NCBI GenBank assembly: GCA_041690135.1
Contig: JAWLHY010000005.1
Span: 32,001 to 96,000 of the forward strand
Direction of reading: 5' to 3'
Source: Armatimonadota bacterium
Lineage (GTDB): Bacteria; Armatimonadota; SYMT01
DNA length: 64,000 nt
Shown here in pieces: positions 10,105-20,452 of this stretch. The first letter of the stretch is position 1. Each line of letters starts with the position of its first letter. The position numbers and the translations under genes are program-made. The notes under the pieces were generated by a model. It did not search any database and was not told the DNA's origin. It saw nothing but the letters and a program-made list of their open reading frames with translations.

Positions 10105-11559
10105 ATGGTGAAATGGACGGTGGGGCGAAGAGTCGCCGCGGGATACGCGGTAGTGCTGGCCCTTTTGGCGATATTGGCCGTGGTCGCGACGGATCGTCTC
10201 TCCCGCACGGCTGCGGGGTTCCTGCAGGCGATTGAGATCCAGGACCGAATGCGCCAGGATACGCGCACGCTAGAAGATGGGTTAGCCCAGGCGCAAGTCG
10301 CGTCGCTACGCTACCTGCTCACGGGGGACCGGCGCTTTTTGGAAACCTGGCGCCGCCAGGTGCGGGAAAGCACTCAGAGCCTCCAGCGCCTGGCAGAGGA
10401 GAGCCCGACTTCCGAATTGAGAGCCGGATGGCGCCAGGCGGTGGACCTCCTCCAGATCTGGAATCAGGAAGTCACCTCCGCGATGGCGGCGCGGACCGCC
10501 GGGCGGCAAAGTGAAGCGCTTCAACTCCTCGAGCAACAGGTCATCCCGGCACGGGACCGGCAGCAGGCTGCCATCGATCAGTTGGTGGATGCGTATCGGA
10601 CCCACGCCCGTGCGAACACCGAGGCGGTCGGCACCGCTGCCACGCGCACCATCTGGCTGGCAATCGCTCTCGCCGTTTCGGCCATCGTCGTGGGGTGCAT
10701 CATTGCCGTGGCGTTGACCCGGTCGGTAACCGGCGCCCTGCGAGAAACGGTTTCTGTGTTGACCAGTTCTTCCGCGCAGATCCTGGCGGCGGCCACGCAG
10801 CAGTCATCCGGTATCGCGGAGGAGGCCACCGCGGTCCAGGAGACCACCACCACGGTCGATGAGCTGCGACAGACTTCCGAGTTGGCGACGCAGAAGGCGC
10901 AAGCCGTGGCGACGGCAGCGGCGCGGACCGTGGAAATCTCCAACCAGGGTCGGGAAGCGGTGGAAGAGACGCTCCAGAGCATGCGGGAGACCGGCAGCCG
11001 GATGGAGGCGATTGCCGAGCGCATGCTCGCGCTCAACGAGCGGGGGCAGGCCATTGGGGAGATCATCGCAACGGTAGAGGATGTGGCCGAGCAGTCGAGT
11101 ATCCTCGCGGTCAATGCCGCGATCGAGGCTGCGAAGGCGGGAGAGGCCGGGCGCGGCTTTGCCGTGGTCGCGACGGAGGTCAAGGCGCTCGCGGAGCAAT
11201 CGAAGCAGGGCACTGCGCAGGTCCGCTCGATCCTGGGGGAAATCCAGCGCGCCACCCAGGCAGCTGTGCTGGCTACGGAGCAGGGAGTCAAAGCGGGTGA
11301 AACGGCGGAGAAAGTCGCCGCCAGATCCGGAGAAGCCATCCGCCTCCTGGCGCAAAGCCAGGCGGAGGCGGCCCAGTCCGCACGCCAGATTCTGGTAACC
11401 ACGCAGCAGCAATTGGTGGGGGTCGATCAAATCACCACGGCCATGCAGCACATTCAACAATCCTCCACGGCGAACATGGCGGCGACCGACCAGGTGACCC
11501 GCGCGGCACACGATCTCAACCAGGTAGCGGGCCGGCTCAAAGCGATGGTCACCGGATGA
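10105..11559 (+). CDS. Methyl-accepting chemotaxis protein (WspA-like; four-helix/CHASE3-like sensor)
   Basis: RBS AAGGAG + ATG 10105; two TM helices; SILAVNAAIEAAKAGEAGRGFAVVATEVKALAEQS hairpin. Confidence 0.92.
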   Translation: MVKWTVGRRVAAGYAVVLALLAILAVVATDRLSRTAAGFLQAIEIQDRMRQDTRTLEDGLAQAQVASLRYLLTGDRRFLETWRRQVRESTQSLQRLAEESPTSELRAGWRQAVDLLQIWNQEVTSAMAARTAGRQSEALQLLEQQVIPARDRQQAAIDQLVDAYRTHARANTEAVGTAATRTIWLAIALAVSAIVVGCIIAVALTRSVTGALRETVSVLTSSSAQILAAATQQSSGIAEEATAVQETTTTVDELRQTSELATQKAQAVATAAARTVEISNQGREAVEETLQSMRETGSRMEAIAERMLALNERGQAIGEIIATVEDVAEQSSILAVNAAIEAAKAGEAGRGFAVVATEVKALAEQSKQGTAQVRSILGEIQRATQAAVLATEQGVKAGETAEKVAARSGEAIRLLAQSQAEAAQSARQILVTTQQQLVGVDQITTAMQHIQQSSTANMAATDQVTRAAHDLNQVAGRLKAMVTG

Positions 11560-11596
11560 GTGGCGGCAGCGCGCCAGGCGGGAGAAGCGGCCCGCG

Positions 11597-13810
11597 ATGA
11601 GACGGCGTAGCGAGGAAACCCGTGCCCGGTTGCTGGCCACCTTCCGCCTGGAAGCGGAAGAGCACTTGCAGGCGATCCATGCCTCTCTGGCCTCCCTCCG
11701 GACCGGCGAAGGAGAGGGTGGAGAATCCCCGGCGGCGCTGGCGCTCTTCCGGTCCGTTCACACGCTGAAAGGGGCCGCCCGGTCGGTGGGACTCCTGCAA
11801 GTCGAGACTGTCTGCCAGTCGGTGGAAGCGCTGCTGCGCCGGGTCACTCAAGGGGAGTTGCGGCCCACACCCGAGCTTCTCAACTGCCTTCAGGAGACGG
11901 CGGATGACCTGGGGAAGTTGGTGGATGGCAGCCCGGCGCGGTCTCCGGTGGAAGCCATCGTACGCATTCTGGAGGAAGCCGCGTCGGGGGACGTTGGCGA
12001 AGGCCCGGAGCGTGAGGCGGATCCGGCTGTCGGATTGGCTTCGGCGGCTCCCGATCCTTCCCTGGTACCCGAAGGTCCGTCGCACCCTCCCGGCACGTCC
12101 GGTCCCACGGAAGCCGGAAAGCCGGCAAGAGTGCGTAAGAAGGGTGGCACCATCCGCGTGGCCACGGCCCAACTCGACTCTCTGTTACTGCAACTGGAGG
12201 ACCTCCTCCTCCCGAAGCTGGCTGCCCGGCAACGCGTGCGGGAACTCGAGGCATTTGGCGCCTCCCTGGCCGCCCACCGCCGGGAGAGTGCGGGGATGAC
12301 GGGAGCCGATCTGCGTCCGCTGGAAGCGGATTTCCGGCAGTTGCTGCGGCGGATGCGGGAAGACGAGCGGCGCCTGGCGCGTATTCACGAGCAACTGCAA
12401 ACAGAGGTGCTCCGGCTCAGGACCTCGCCGGTGTCTACTGTGGTCGACGCGTTCCCGGGCATGGTGCGAGACCTGGCGCGCGAAGCGGGAAAAGAGATCG
12501 AGTTGACCCTCGCGGGTGCCGAGTTGCAGTTGGACCGGCGGGTGCTGGAGCGGATTAAGGACCCGTTGATTCACCTGGTTCGGAATGCGGTCGACCACGG
12601 AATCGAAGTGCCGACAGTGCGAGAGCGGACCGGAAAGCCGCGCCGGGGCCGAATTGCGATTACCTTCACTCCCGCCGAGAACCGGAAGATTGAAGTGTTG
12701 GTGCAGGATGACGGCGAGGGAGTGCGTCTGGAAGAGGTCCGGGCCGCCGCGACGCGCTCCCGCCTTCTCACCGCGGAAGAGAGCCATGCTCTGGATGAAC
12801 GCGCGGCGGTGGACCTCCTGTTCCACTCCGGTTTCAGTACCAGCCCGGTGGTAACGCGAGTGTCGGGCCACGGCCTGGGTTTGCCCATTGTGCGGGAGCG
12901 GGTCGAGAATCTCGGCGGCACGCTGCAACTGGAGTCCATCGTTTCCAAGGGAACCACCGTGCGGATGCTGCTCCCGGCCACGGTCGCTACCTTCACCGGC
13001 CTGCTGGTAGGCGCGGGCGGACAGTCCTTTCTCCTCCCACTGGATGCGGTGGAGCACGTCCTGCGCGTCACCCCCGCCGACGTGGGAAACGTCGAAGGGC
13101 GGGCCGTGATCCGGTTGAACGGGCAGTACATTCGGGCGGCGCCGCTGAACGCGCTCCTAGACCTTCCCCCGATGGCGGATCCATCACGAGCGGACCGCCT
13201 CCCCTGCGTGATCGTGGGTGTCGGAAATGACCGCCTCGGCCTGCTCGTGGACGAGGTCCGCGGCGAGCAGGAGATGCTGGTCAAGGAGTTGGAGCCGCCA
13301 TTGAATCGCATTCGGCACGTGGCAGGGGCAGGGTTACTCGGGACCGGTAGTCTGGTGTTGATCCTGCGTCCGGCGGACCTGCTTCGCACCGCCGTCTCCA
13401 CGCGGGTTTCCCACCTCCCTCCCGAGGGCGCCGCCCAGCGGGAGCGGGCGCCTGTGGTTCTGGTGGTGGACGATTCCATCACGACCCGTACGATGGAGAA
13501 GAACCTCCTCGAGAGCGCCGGCTATACGGTGAAGACCGCGGTCGACGGGCTGGAAGCCTGGGCTCTCTTGCAGAGCGAGGCATGTGACCTGGTGGTGTCC
13601 GACGTGGATATGCCGCGGATGGATGGGTTTGAGTTGACGACCCGCATTCGCGACGATGCTACCCTGAGGGATCTCCCGGTCATCCTGGTGACCGCTATGG
13701 AGTCCCGGGAATACCGTGAGCGGGGCGTGCTCGCCGGCGCCAACGCCTACGTCATCAAGTCCAGCTTTGAAGAATCCAACCTCCTGGAGATCATTCAACG
13801 GCTAGTGTGA
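11597..13810 (+). CDS. cheA: Hybrid chemotaxis kinase CheA (Hpt-HATPase-CheW-REC, WspE-like)
   Basis: HTLKGAA Hpt, HLVRNAVDHGIE, DDGEG, GFST, GHGLGL, C-terminal receiver VVDDS...DVDMPRMDG. Confidence 0.93.
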   Translation: MRRRSEETRARLLATFRLEAEEHLQAIHASLASLRTGEGEGGESPAALALFRSVHTLKGAARSVGLLQVETVCQSVEALLRRVTQGELRPTPELLNCLQETADDLGKLVDGSPARSPVEAIVRILEEAASGDVGEGPEREADPAVGLASAAPDPSLVPEGPSHPPGTSGPTEAGKPARVRKKGGTIRVATAQLDSLLLQLEDLLLPKLAARQRVRELEAFGASLAAHRRESAGMTGADLRPLEADFRQLLRRMREDERRLARIHEQLQTEVLRLRTSPVSTVVDAFPGMVRDLAREAGKEIELTLAGAELQLDRRVLERIKDPLIHLVRNAVDHGIEVPTVRERTGKPRRGRIAITFTPAENRKIEVLVQDDGEGVRLEEVRAAATRSRLLTAEESHALDERAAVDLLFHSGFSTSPVVTRVSGHGLGLPIVRERVENLGGTLQLESIVSKGTTVRMLLPATVATFTGLLVGAGGQSFLLPLDAVEHVLRVTPADVGNVEGRAVIRLNGQYIRAAPLNALLDLPPMADPSRADRLPCVIVGVGNDRLGLLVDEVRGEQEMLVKELEPPLNRIRHVAGAGLLGTGSLVLILRPADLLRTAVSTRVSHLPPEGAAQRERAPVVLVVDDSITTRTMEKNLLESAGYTVKTAVDGLEAWALLQSEACDLVVSDVDMPRMDGFELTTRIRDDATLRDLPVILVTAMESREYRERGVLAGANAYVIKSSFEESNLLEIIQRLV

Positions 13811-13821
13811 CGTGAAGATCG

Positions 13822-14895
13822 ATGGAGGCGAAAGTGGTGCGTGTACTGGTGGCGGAGGATTCCCCCGTAGTCCGAGAGCACCTGCGGCTCTTGTTGGAAG
13901 AGGATCCGCAAATCTCGGTGGTGGCTATGGCGCGGGACGGATTGGAAGCGGTGGAGAAGACCCGCAAGTTTCGTCCCGATGTGGTTTTGATGGATGTGAC
14001 CATGCCCCGCATGGATGGATACGAGGCGACCCGCGAGATTATGGCCACCACGCCGGTGCCGATCGTGATGATTAGCAGTGGGTTCGATACCGGGGGCGTG
14101 GCAACCACCTTCGAAGCCCTCAAAGCGGGTGCGGTGGCCGTCGTGGAAAAGCCGGACGGCGGCCAGACTGGGGACCAAGATCCCTCCACGGGCTCGCTCC
14201 ATGAAACGGTGAAGTTGATGGCGGAGGTGAAGGTGGTCCGGCGGTGGCCGAAACGCTCCGGACTTGCGCCCGACCGGCTTCCGGAGCCGGTGGGAGCCGC
14301 TACCCCGGTGAAGATCATCGGGGACCGCCCGGTAGGAGTCATCGTTATCGGCGCATCTACGGGGGGGCCGGCGGTCCTGGCCGAAATACTCGGGGCCCAA
14401 CCCGCGAGCCTGGCGGTTCCGATCCTCCTGGTGCAGCACATATCGCCCGGGTTCGGGCAGGGCCTCACCCGGTGGCTGAATGAGCAGACGCCGCTGCGGG
14501 TGAAGCTGGCGGAGCCCTATGAACGGGTTGAACCGGGCACCGTCTATCTGGCACCGGACGACCGCCAGATGGGAATGGCGGTGGGAAACCGGATTCATCT
14601 CACCGAGGAACCGGCCGAATCAGGGTTCCGACCTTCCATCTCCTATACCTTTCGCTCGGTGGCCGGTCGCTATCAACATGCGGCGCTCGCTGTCTTGCTA
14701 ACCGGCATGGGAAGTGATGGGTCGGCGGGTTTGCTTGCGGTCCGGAAGGCGGGCGGAATCACGATCGTCCAGGACCAGTCCAGTAGTGTGATCTTCGGCA
14801 TGGCCGAACGCGCGATCCGGTTGGGAGCCGCCGAGTATGTGCTTTCCCCCTCTGAAATCGCACGTGCCATTCACCGGGTCGTTCCGGCCTTCTAA
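13822..14895 (+). CDS. cheB: Chemotaxis methylesterase/response regulator CheB (WspF-like)
   Basis: N-terminal REC; GASTGG, QHI, LTGMGSDG catalytic motifs. Confidence 0.93.
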   Translation: MEAKVVRVLVAEDSPVVREHLRLLLEEDPQISVVAMARDGLEAVEKTRKFRPDVVLMDVTMPRMDGYEATREIMATTPVPIVMISSGFDTGGVATTFEALKAGAVAVVEKPDGGQTGDQDPSTGSLHETVKLMAEVKVVRRWPKRSGLAPDRLPEPVGAATPVKIIGDRPVGVIVIGASTGGPAVLAEILGAQPASLAVPILLVQHISPGFGQGLTRWLNEQTPLRVKLAEPYERVEPGTVYLAPDDRQMGMAVGNRIHLTEEPAESGFRPSISYTFRSVAGRYQHAALAVLLTGMGSDGSAGLLAVRKAGGITIVQDQSSSVIFGMAERAIRLGAAEYVLSPSEIARAIHRVVPAF

Positions 14896-15003
14896 AGGAA
14901 GTGTGGCCAGGTGCCTATAGCCACCATGTAAACGAAGCATGTAAATGGGGTGCCAATATCTCTCACGCATGTCTCTCTTACATGAGAGGTATGCAAGAGA
15001 GAC

Positions 15004-17511
15004 ATGGAGAATTCGCTAGAGTTAGGTCATGGAAAGGAACGCGCCGTGGCAATTCGTGTGCTTATCGCCGAGGACAGTCGCACCCAGGCGGAAGACCTGC
15101 GAAGTTTGCTCGAAGAAGAAGGCTTTGAGACTGAAGTTGCTGTGAATGGTCGTGAGGCGCTGGAAAAGGTCCGGATGATTCGCCCGGATCTGATCCTTAG
15201 TGATCTTTTCATGCCGGAGATGGATGGCTTTGCCTTTTGCCAGGCCATCAAAAATGATGCCGAAGCCCGCACCATCCCGTTCATTCTCCTCACGCAACTC
15301 AACACTCCGGGCGGAATCGCCATTGGTTTGCAGCATGGCGCGGACGAGTTTATTGCCAAGCCCTACGACGAGGGGATTCTGCTCGAGCGGATTCGTGCCC
15401 TGCTGGCCACTGCCTCCGGCTCGGCGGCGCGCCCGGAACCGGGGCTCGAAAAGCTACCGCTGGAACGTGCCAGCCTGCTTCTGGACCGCCGGGAGCAGGC
15501 TCTGCGGGCCTCGCACGACTTCCTGGAGCAGTTAATCGCTGCCAGTCCGGGCATCGTGGTAAGAGGAGAAGCCCGCACACAGGCGCTCAGTTACGTCAGC
15601 CCGAATATCGAGCCGGTGCTGGGATACCGCGTCGAAGAAGTGTTGAACACCCCCAACTTCTTCCTGGATCGCATGCCTCTCGATGAGCGGGATGTAGTGC
15701 TGAATTCCGTTTGCCAGGCCCATGCCGACGGCCTCGAACAATGGGACTCCGAGTGCCGTTTCCGGCACCAGGATGGGAATTACCGCTGGTTCTATCTATC
15801 CGTTCGGTTCGAGCACAACTTACGGGAGCAGCAGGTGCCCCTGGTAGCGCATCTCCTGGACATCACCCCCCGTAAGGATGCGGAAGCGCGGCTCCAGCAA
15901 CTCAACGAATCGCTGGAACGCCAGGTAGCCGAGCGGACCGCGGCAGCCGAAGAGCGCGCCCGGGAGTTGGCACGTTCCGAGACCGCCCTCCGCCAAACGA
16001 ATGCAATGTTGCGCACGCTCATCGCGAGTGCGCCGCTGGCGATCTTGGGCACGGATATGGAGGGCCGGGTGACCCTCTGGAATCCGGCGGCGGAGCGGAT
16101 TCTGGAATGGCGCGAGGAAGAAGTGCTCGGCGGTCCGCTTCCCTCGTTGGCGGAAACGGCTGCGGATGAATTCGAGCGGATGTTCTCGGCGGCTCGTCAG
16201 GGAGAGCGGCTCTACAACCTGGAACTCCGGTGCCGCAAGAAAGATGGGACGCCGGTGGACGTAAGGTTGTGGACCGCACCGCTCTACGCGGACGCGGGCC
16301 AGATCACCGGCGCGATTGCCATGGTGGAGGACATAACGCTCCACAAGCAACTGGAAGCCCAGCTCCGGCAAGCGCAAAAGATGGAAGCGGTCGGCCAGCT
16401 TGCCGGCGGAGTCGCGCACGATTTCAACAACATGCTCGCGGTGATCAACGGTTACACCGAGCTGCTCCTTATGAAACCGGATCTGGCACCCTCGGTGCGA
16501 TCCTATCTCGAGGAGATCCAGCGGGCCGGCGAGCGTTCCGGTGGGCTCACGCGGCAGTTGCTTGCGTTCAGTCGCCAGCAAGTGCTGGAGCCCAAAATCG
16601 TGGATCTCTCCGCGATTGCGGAAGGCGCGGCGAGCATGCTGCGTCGGTTGATCGGAGAGGACATCGAATTGACTACCCGGTTGGAACCGGATTTGGGTCC
16701 GGTGATGGTGGATCCGGGGCAGATCGAACAGGTGTTGATGAACCTGGCGGTGAATGCGCGAGATGCCATGCCGGGAGGAGGCTCCCTCATCATTGAGACG
16801 CGGAATGCGTCGATTACGGATACTTTTGAGCTGCCGGAAGCGGTACCACCCGGAAATTATGTATTGCTTTCGGTTGCGGACAGCGGTTGCGGAATGACGG
16901 AGGAAGTCCGGGCTCGTCTTTTTGAGCCTTTCTTTACCACCAAAGAGGTTGGGAAAGGTACCGGCCTGGGCCTCGCGACTGTCTACGGAATCATCACCCA
17001 GAGTGAGGGGCGTATCGCCGTGGATAGCGAGTTAGGCCGTGGCACTACCTTCCGAATTTATCTGCCTTGCGTCTCGGCAGAGGCGGGCGGAGGGGACGAG
17101 CCCTTCATCCCCAGTATCCCCCACGGGTCGAGAACCGTCCTGTTGGTTGAGGATGAGCCGATGGTGCGCGAACTCGTGCGGACCATGCTGAAGTCGTGCG
17201 GCTATAATGTTATAGAAGCAACTAACCCCGGCGAGGCGCTCCATCTCTGCCATCGGTACTCCGGGCATATCGACATACTACTCACCGACGTGGTGATGCC
17301 GGGCTTGAGCGGCCGTGAACTGTTCGAGCGCATGAAGGTGTTTCGCCCGCACACGAAAGTGCTCTTCATGTCGGGCTACACCGATGATACCGTGCTCCGT
17401 CACGGCATCTTCCATGAGGAAGTAGCCTTCATCCAGAAGCCATTTACAGCCGCTGCGGTGATGCAGAAAATATTTGAAATAACATGCGAGCCGGGGAGTG
17501 ACGGCTCGTAA
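15004..17511 (+). CDS. Hybrid sensor histidine kinase (REC-PAS-PAS-HisKA-HATPase-REC)
   Basis: AEDS receiver, two PAS-like segments, AHDFNNML H-box, NARDAM, DSGCGM, PFFTTK, GTGLGL, terminal receiver. Start may be GTG 15046. Confidence 0.92.
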   Translation: MENSLELGHGKERAVAIRVLIAEDSRTQAEDLRSLLEEEGFETEVAVNGREALEKVRMIRPDLILSDLFMPEMDGFAFCQAIKNDAEARTIPFILLTQLNTPGGIAIGLQHGADEFIAKPYDEGILLERIRALLATASGSAARPEPGLEKLPLERASLLLDRREQALRASHDFLEQLIAASPGIVVRGEARTQALSYVSPNIEPVLGYRVEEVLNTPNFFLDRMPLDERDVVLNSVCQAHADGLEQWDSECRFRHQDGNYRWFYLSVRFEHNLREQQVPLVAHLLDITPRKDAEARLQQLNESLERQVAERTAAAEERARELARSETALRQTNAMLRTLIASAPLAILGTDMEGRVTLWNPAAERILEWREEEVLGGPLPSLAETAADEFERMFSAARQGERLYNLELRCRKKDGTPVDVRLWTAPLYADAGQITGAIAMVEDITLHKQLEAQLRQAQKMEAVGQLAGGVAHDFNNMLAVINGYTELLLMKPDLAPSVRSYLEEIQRAGERSGGLTRQLLAFSRQQVLEPKIVDLSAIAEGAASMLRRLIGEDIELTTRLEPDLGPVMVDPGQIEQVLMNLAVNARDAMPGGGSLIIETRNASITDTFELPEAVPPGNYVLLSVADSGCGMTEEVRARLFEPFFTTKEVGKGTGLGLATVYGIITQSEGRIAVDSELGRGTTFRIYLPCVSAEAGGGDEPFIPSIPHGSRTVLLVEDEPMVRELVRTMLKSCGYNVIEATNPGEALHLCHRYSGHIDILLTDVVMPGLSGRELFERMKVFRPHTKVLFMSGYTDDTVLRHGIFHEEVAFIQKPFTAAAVMQKIFEITCEPGSDGS

Positions 17512-17517
17512 AGCCGC

Positions 17518-18954
17518 TCAGTTTGCGCTGTACACCCCCACCAACGTATCGGCCGACGTGGGCGGCGGTCCCGGCAACTCCGAGCTCCGAATGCTCTTCA
17601 GGCGGTTGCGGATGGCGTACTCGAACCGGAAGCGGGACACCAGCGAGCGCACTTTTTCCGCCAGCGCCTTCAGCTCCGCGGCCATCGCGGCCGGAGCCAG
17701 GGCGCCGATGCGCTCGGGCGTGGTGGCCGTCAGCAGGTCGTTGAAGCCGTAATGCATGGTGTCGCGGCGGAAGCTCACCACCATCCGGTAGTTCGCCTCC
17801 ATCAGGGCCTGCTCCAGTGCTCCCCGCGCGGTCGCCAGGGAGGGGCCCGCGGCCACCTTGTCCGCATTCCCGTTTTCGGCGGCGGCCGCGGCCCGTTCCA
17901 GGGCGGTCGCGGCGCTATCCGCATGTTCCACGATGTTGGCCCGGGCGTCCGCGTCACGGATGGAGAGGTCGAGGATCTCCCCCTCCAGGGTATGCCACCG
18001 CGCCGTATCCGGGATGTTGCGGACGATCCGGGCGTGGACCAGCGCCCACTCCAGCCGGGAAACGTTCCCTTCGTGGACCTTCCGATCGATCAGCGCGGCC
18101 TGGCTCTGCGGCGACCGGAGCACGTCCGAGAGGCGCACCCCATCCGCCTGCGCCTGGAGCGCGGGGGAGGCGTAGTCGCGGATCGCCGCTTCCACCTGCC
18201 GCTGCTTCACCTCCGGATGCCGGCCGGCCCGGATGAAAAGCGCGATCACGAGGGGGTCATCCCCGAACGCCTGTTCCGCCGCGTCTCCTCGCAGGACCTG
18301 TCCCGATTTCGGGTCCACGTAGACCGGTTCCGGAGCGCCGTCCGGACCCGGCAGTACGTCGACGCCGTAGTCCGCCAGCAGGCTCTGAAATAGGGCGGGG
18401 CTGCGCTGTTTGAAGAGGGCCAGGGCGGGACGGAAGCCCCGGCCGGCCCCCCCGGCGAACTGGATGAAGCCCCAGCTGAAGCGGGCGCGGTCCCAGGTGT
18501 TGATGGCGTCGAAGCCGCCCTCATGCCGCGAGACGTACCGCAAAGCCTGGATGGCGACCGGCGATAGCCCCGCCGTCTTGCCGGCAGCCTCGAACGTCGT
18601 GTCCGGCTCGCGATTGGCGCTGGCGGTGCCGACATAGGCGACCACCTGCTCGCGCTGGGCCTGGTCGCGCATCCGCTTCGGGCGCGTGGGGAACTCCACG
18701 GTCGCACCGTCCGCAAAGGTGAACCGGTACCGCTTCCCTCCGTTCTCCCCCGGCAACTCCTCTCGCTTCACCGCGGCGCGTGCTCGAGCCGCCGCCGCAG
18801 CCTCCACCGGCGGCTTCGCATAGTCCGGCCCGGTGGGCTGCGCCTGCTGGGCCGCCACGACCAGGCGCACCGGTTCGGCAGCCGGCTTCGGTGCTTCCGC
18901 TTTCTTACCGGGCGAGAAGAACGAGAGAAAGAGTGATACGAGGAAGTGCTTCAT
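17518..18954 (-). CDS. Hypothetical protein with putative lysozyme-like (glycoside hydrolase) domain
   Basis: SRHEGGFDAINTWDRARFSWGFIQFAGG resembles lysozyme-superfamily catalytic Glu plus beta-hairpin; GC3-rich codon usage. Confidence 0.6.
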   Translation of the reverse strand: MKHFLVSLFLSFFSPGKKAEAPKPAAEPVRLVVAAQQAQPTGPDYAKPPVEAAAAARARAAVKREELPGENGGKRYRFTFADGATVEFPTRPKRMRDQAQREQVVAYVGTASANREPDTTFEAAGKTAGLSPVAIQALRYVSRHEGGFDAINTWDRARFSWGFIQFAGGAGRGFRPALALFKQRSPALFQSLLADYGVDVLPGPDGAPEPVYVDPKSGQVLRGDAAEQAFGDDPLVIALFIRAGRHPEVKQRQVEAAIRDYASPALQAQADGVRLSDVLRSPQSQAALIDRKVHEGNVSRLEWALVHARIVRNIPDTARWHTLEGEILDLSIRDADARANIVEHADSAATALERAAAAAENGNADKVAAGPSLATARGALEQALMEANYRMVVSFRRDTMHYGFNDLLTATTPERIGALAPAAMAAELKALAEKVRSLVSRFRFEYAIRNRLKSIRSSELPGPPPTSADTLVGVYSAN

Positions 18955-19026
18955 GATCCAGCGATCCCCCAGTCCGCCAACACGGACCGCATCCCATCGA
19001 GCTGCTTGTGAGCAAATGAATCAAGA

Positions 19027-19220
19027 GGTAGGGAAAAGTACCTGCGCAGATTTGAACCGGTCGTGTTTCGCGCCAACCCCGCAGGGGTTTCACTCCGCAG
19101 TAGCCGCGCGCATGCGCCGGGTACCCACAGAGTGGGTGTTGGGAAATTCCATTCCGTGGCGGGCGACAGTGACTCGCAGTCGTTCCGGTTCCTGAAACTG
19201 CTCAGTATCTCCCACGCACC
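19027..19220 (-). repeat. Dispersed REP/MITE-like element, copy A (with ~36-bp internal insertion)
   Basis: Reverse complement matches 55371-55528 in ordered blocks: gtgggagaNactgagcagtttca; gtcgcccgccacggaatggaatt; ggctactgcggagtgaaacccctNcggggttgg; ccggttcaaatcNgcgcag. Confidence 0.85.
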
Positions 19221-19514
19221 GCCCGGAGTACCGGGGCGGATAGGGCAGCACGGCTCGGTTGCTCGGGCACAACCGTCCACAAGCCGCGCACAAATGCCTG
19301 GCCCGCCGCTCCCTCACCTCTTCCTCACCGTGACCTACTCCGTGTCTCCCATACGGGCAAGCTCGTGACTCCGTGGTGAGGATCGGCCCGGTGCACACCG
19401 TCATATACGAGAACCGCACCGCCCTCAGCACAGAGCGACCGGGCCCCCGGACCGGGAGCGCCCGGTGCGAATTCGCGCTCCTTCTGGGTAACACCTGCGC
19501 CGGGAGGAGCCATC

Positions 19515-19979
19515 ATGGACAAAGTTTTTCCAGCACTCTATGCCGGTCGGACGGGACTGGCGCTGTTGATCCTGCGCGTGGTGATTGGCTGGGCGTTCAT
19601 TCTGCACGGGTTGCCCAAGATTCGGGACATTGATGCTGTCGCCGGCATGTTTCAGATCCCGTGGGCCCTGGCCGCGGTAGCCGCCTGGACGGAGGTGCTC
19701 GGCGGCACGCTCCTGATTCTGGGCTTCCTCACCCCCGTGGCCGCCTTCTTCCTGACGATCCAGATGCTGGTGGCGCTCTTCAGCGTGCACCTCCCCGCGG
19801 GTGACCCCTTCGTCAACTCCGGCGGCCGTAGTTTCGAACTGGCCCTGGTCTACCTGGCGGCCATGATAGCGTTCCTGCTCGCCGGCCCCGGTCTCTATAG
19901 CCTGGACGCCTGGCTCGCCCGCCGCGCCGAAACCGGTGCAACCACACCCGCCTACGGCCGCCGCAGAGGTACTGCCTGA
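19515..19979 (+). CDS. DoxX family membrane protein
   Basis: LILRVVIGWAFILHGLPK, EVLGG..LILG, FELAL, GPGLYSLD; RBS GGAGG. Confidence 0.9.
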   Translation: MDKVFPALYAGRTGLALLILRVVIGWAFILHGLPKIRDIDAVAGMFQIPWALAAVAAWTEVLGGTLLILGFLTPVAAFFLTIQMLVALFSVHLPAGDPFVNSGGRSFELALVYLAAMIAFLLAGPGLYSLDAWLARRAETGATTPAYGRRRGTA

Positions 19980-20452
19980 CCAAGGTGGACGGAACCAAAG
20001 GCGAAGGTGCACGAACTCACGCACGCTCATTGCCCTGATACACCGGGGATTCCAACACAACCCAGAGGCATAGGTATGACTGGCCGAAGTACGCACCTAC
20101 TCCCGAGCTCTGCTGTCGAGTCGGATTCTTGTTCCCCCAGCCGGGTACCGGGTACCCCGAAGGGGTGTGGGTGGCGCGGACAGGGGGCCGAAGAGGCAGA
20201 AGTCCGTTCATCCTCCAGGCCACCTCCAACCAGCCCTAAAGGGTGTGTGCAAGTAACTGTGCAGGTACGGTAATCCAGAGGGAGGCCGCGCAAGCGCCGT
20301 CACTCCGGCAAGGCTCGCTGACCTACGCGGAGAAACAGGTTCGTAGCCAGTGGTCAAGATCCGCTCTGATACTTCCCCCAACCTCCTTAGATCCCTGACC
20401 TCTTTATCCTTATCCTTATCCGCGAAGCCGCTTCTTAATCCGCAAAGCGCCG

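Noticed and set aside
19980-20450. Small ORFs or a structured RNA between doxX and nfi
   Set aside because: No coding signal or recognisable RNA family beyond the two short repeat motifs already reported
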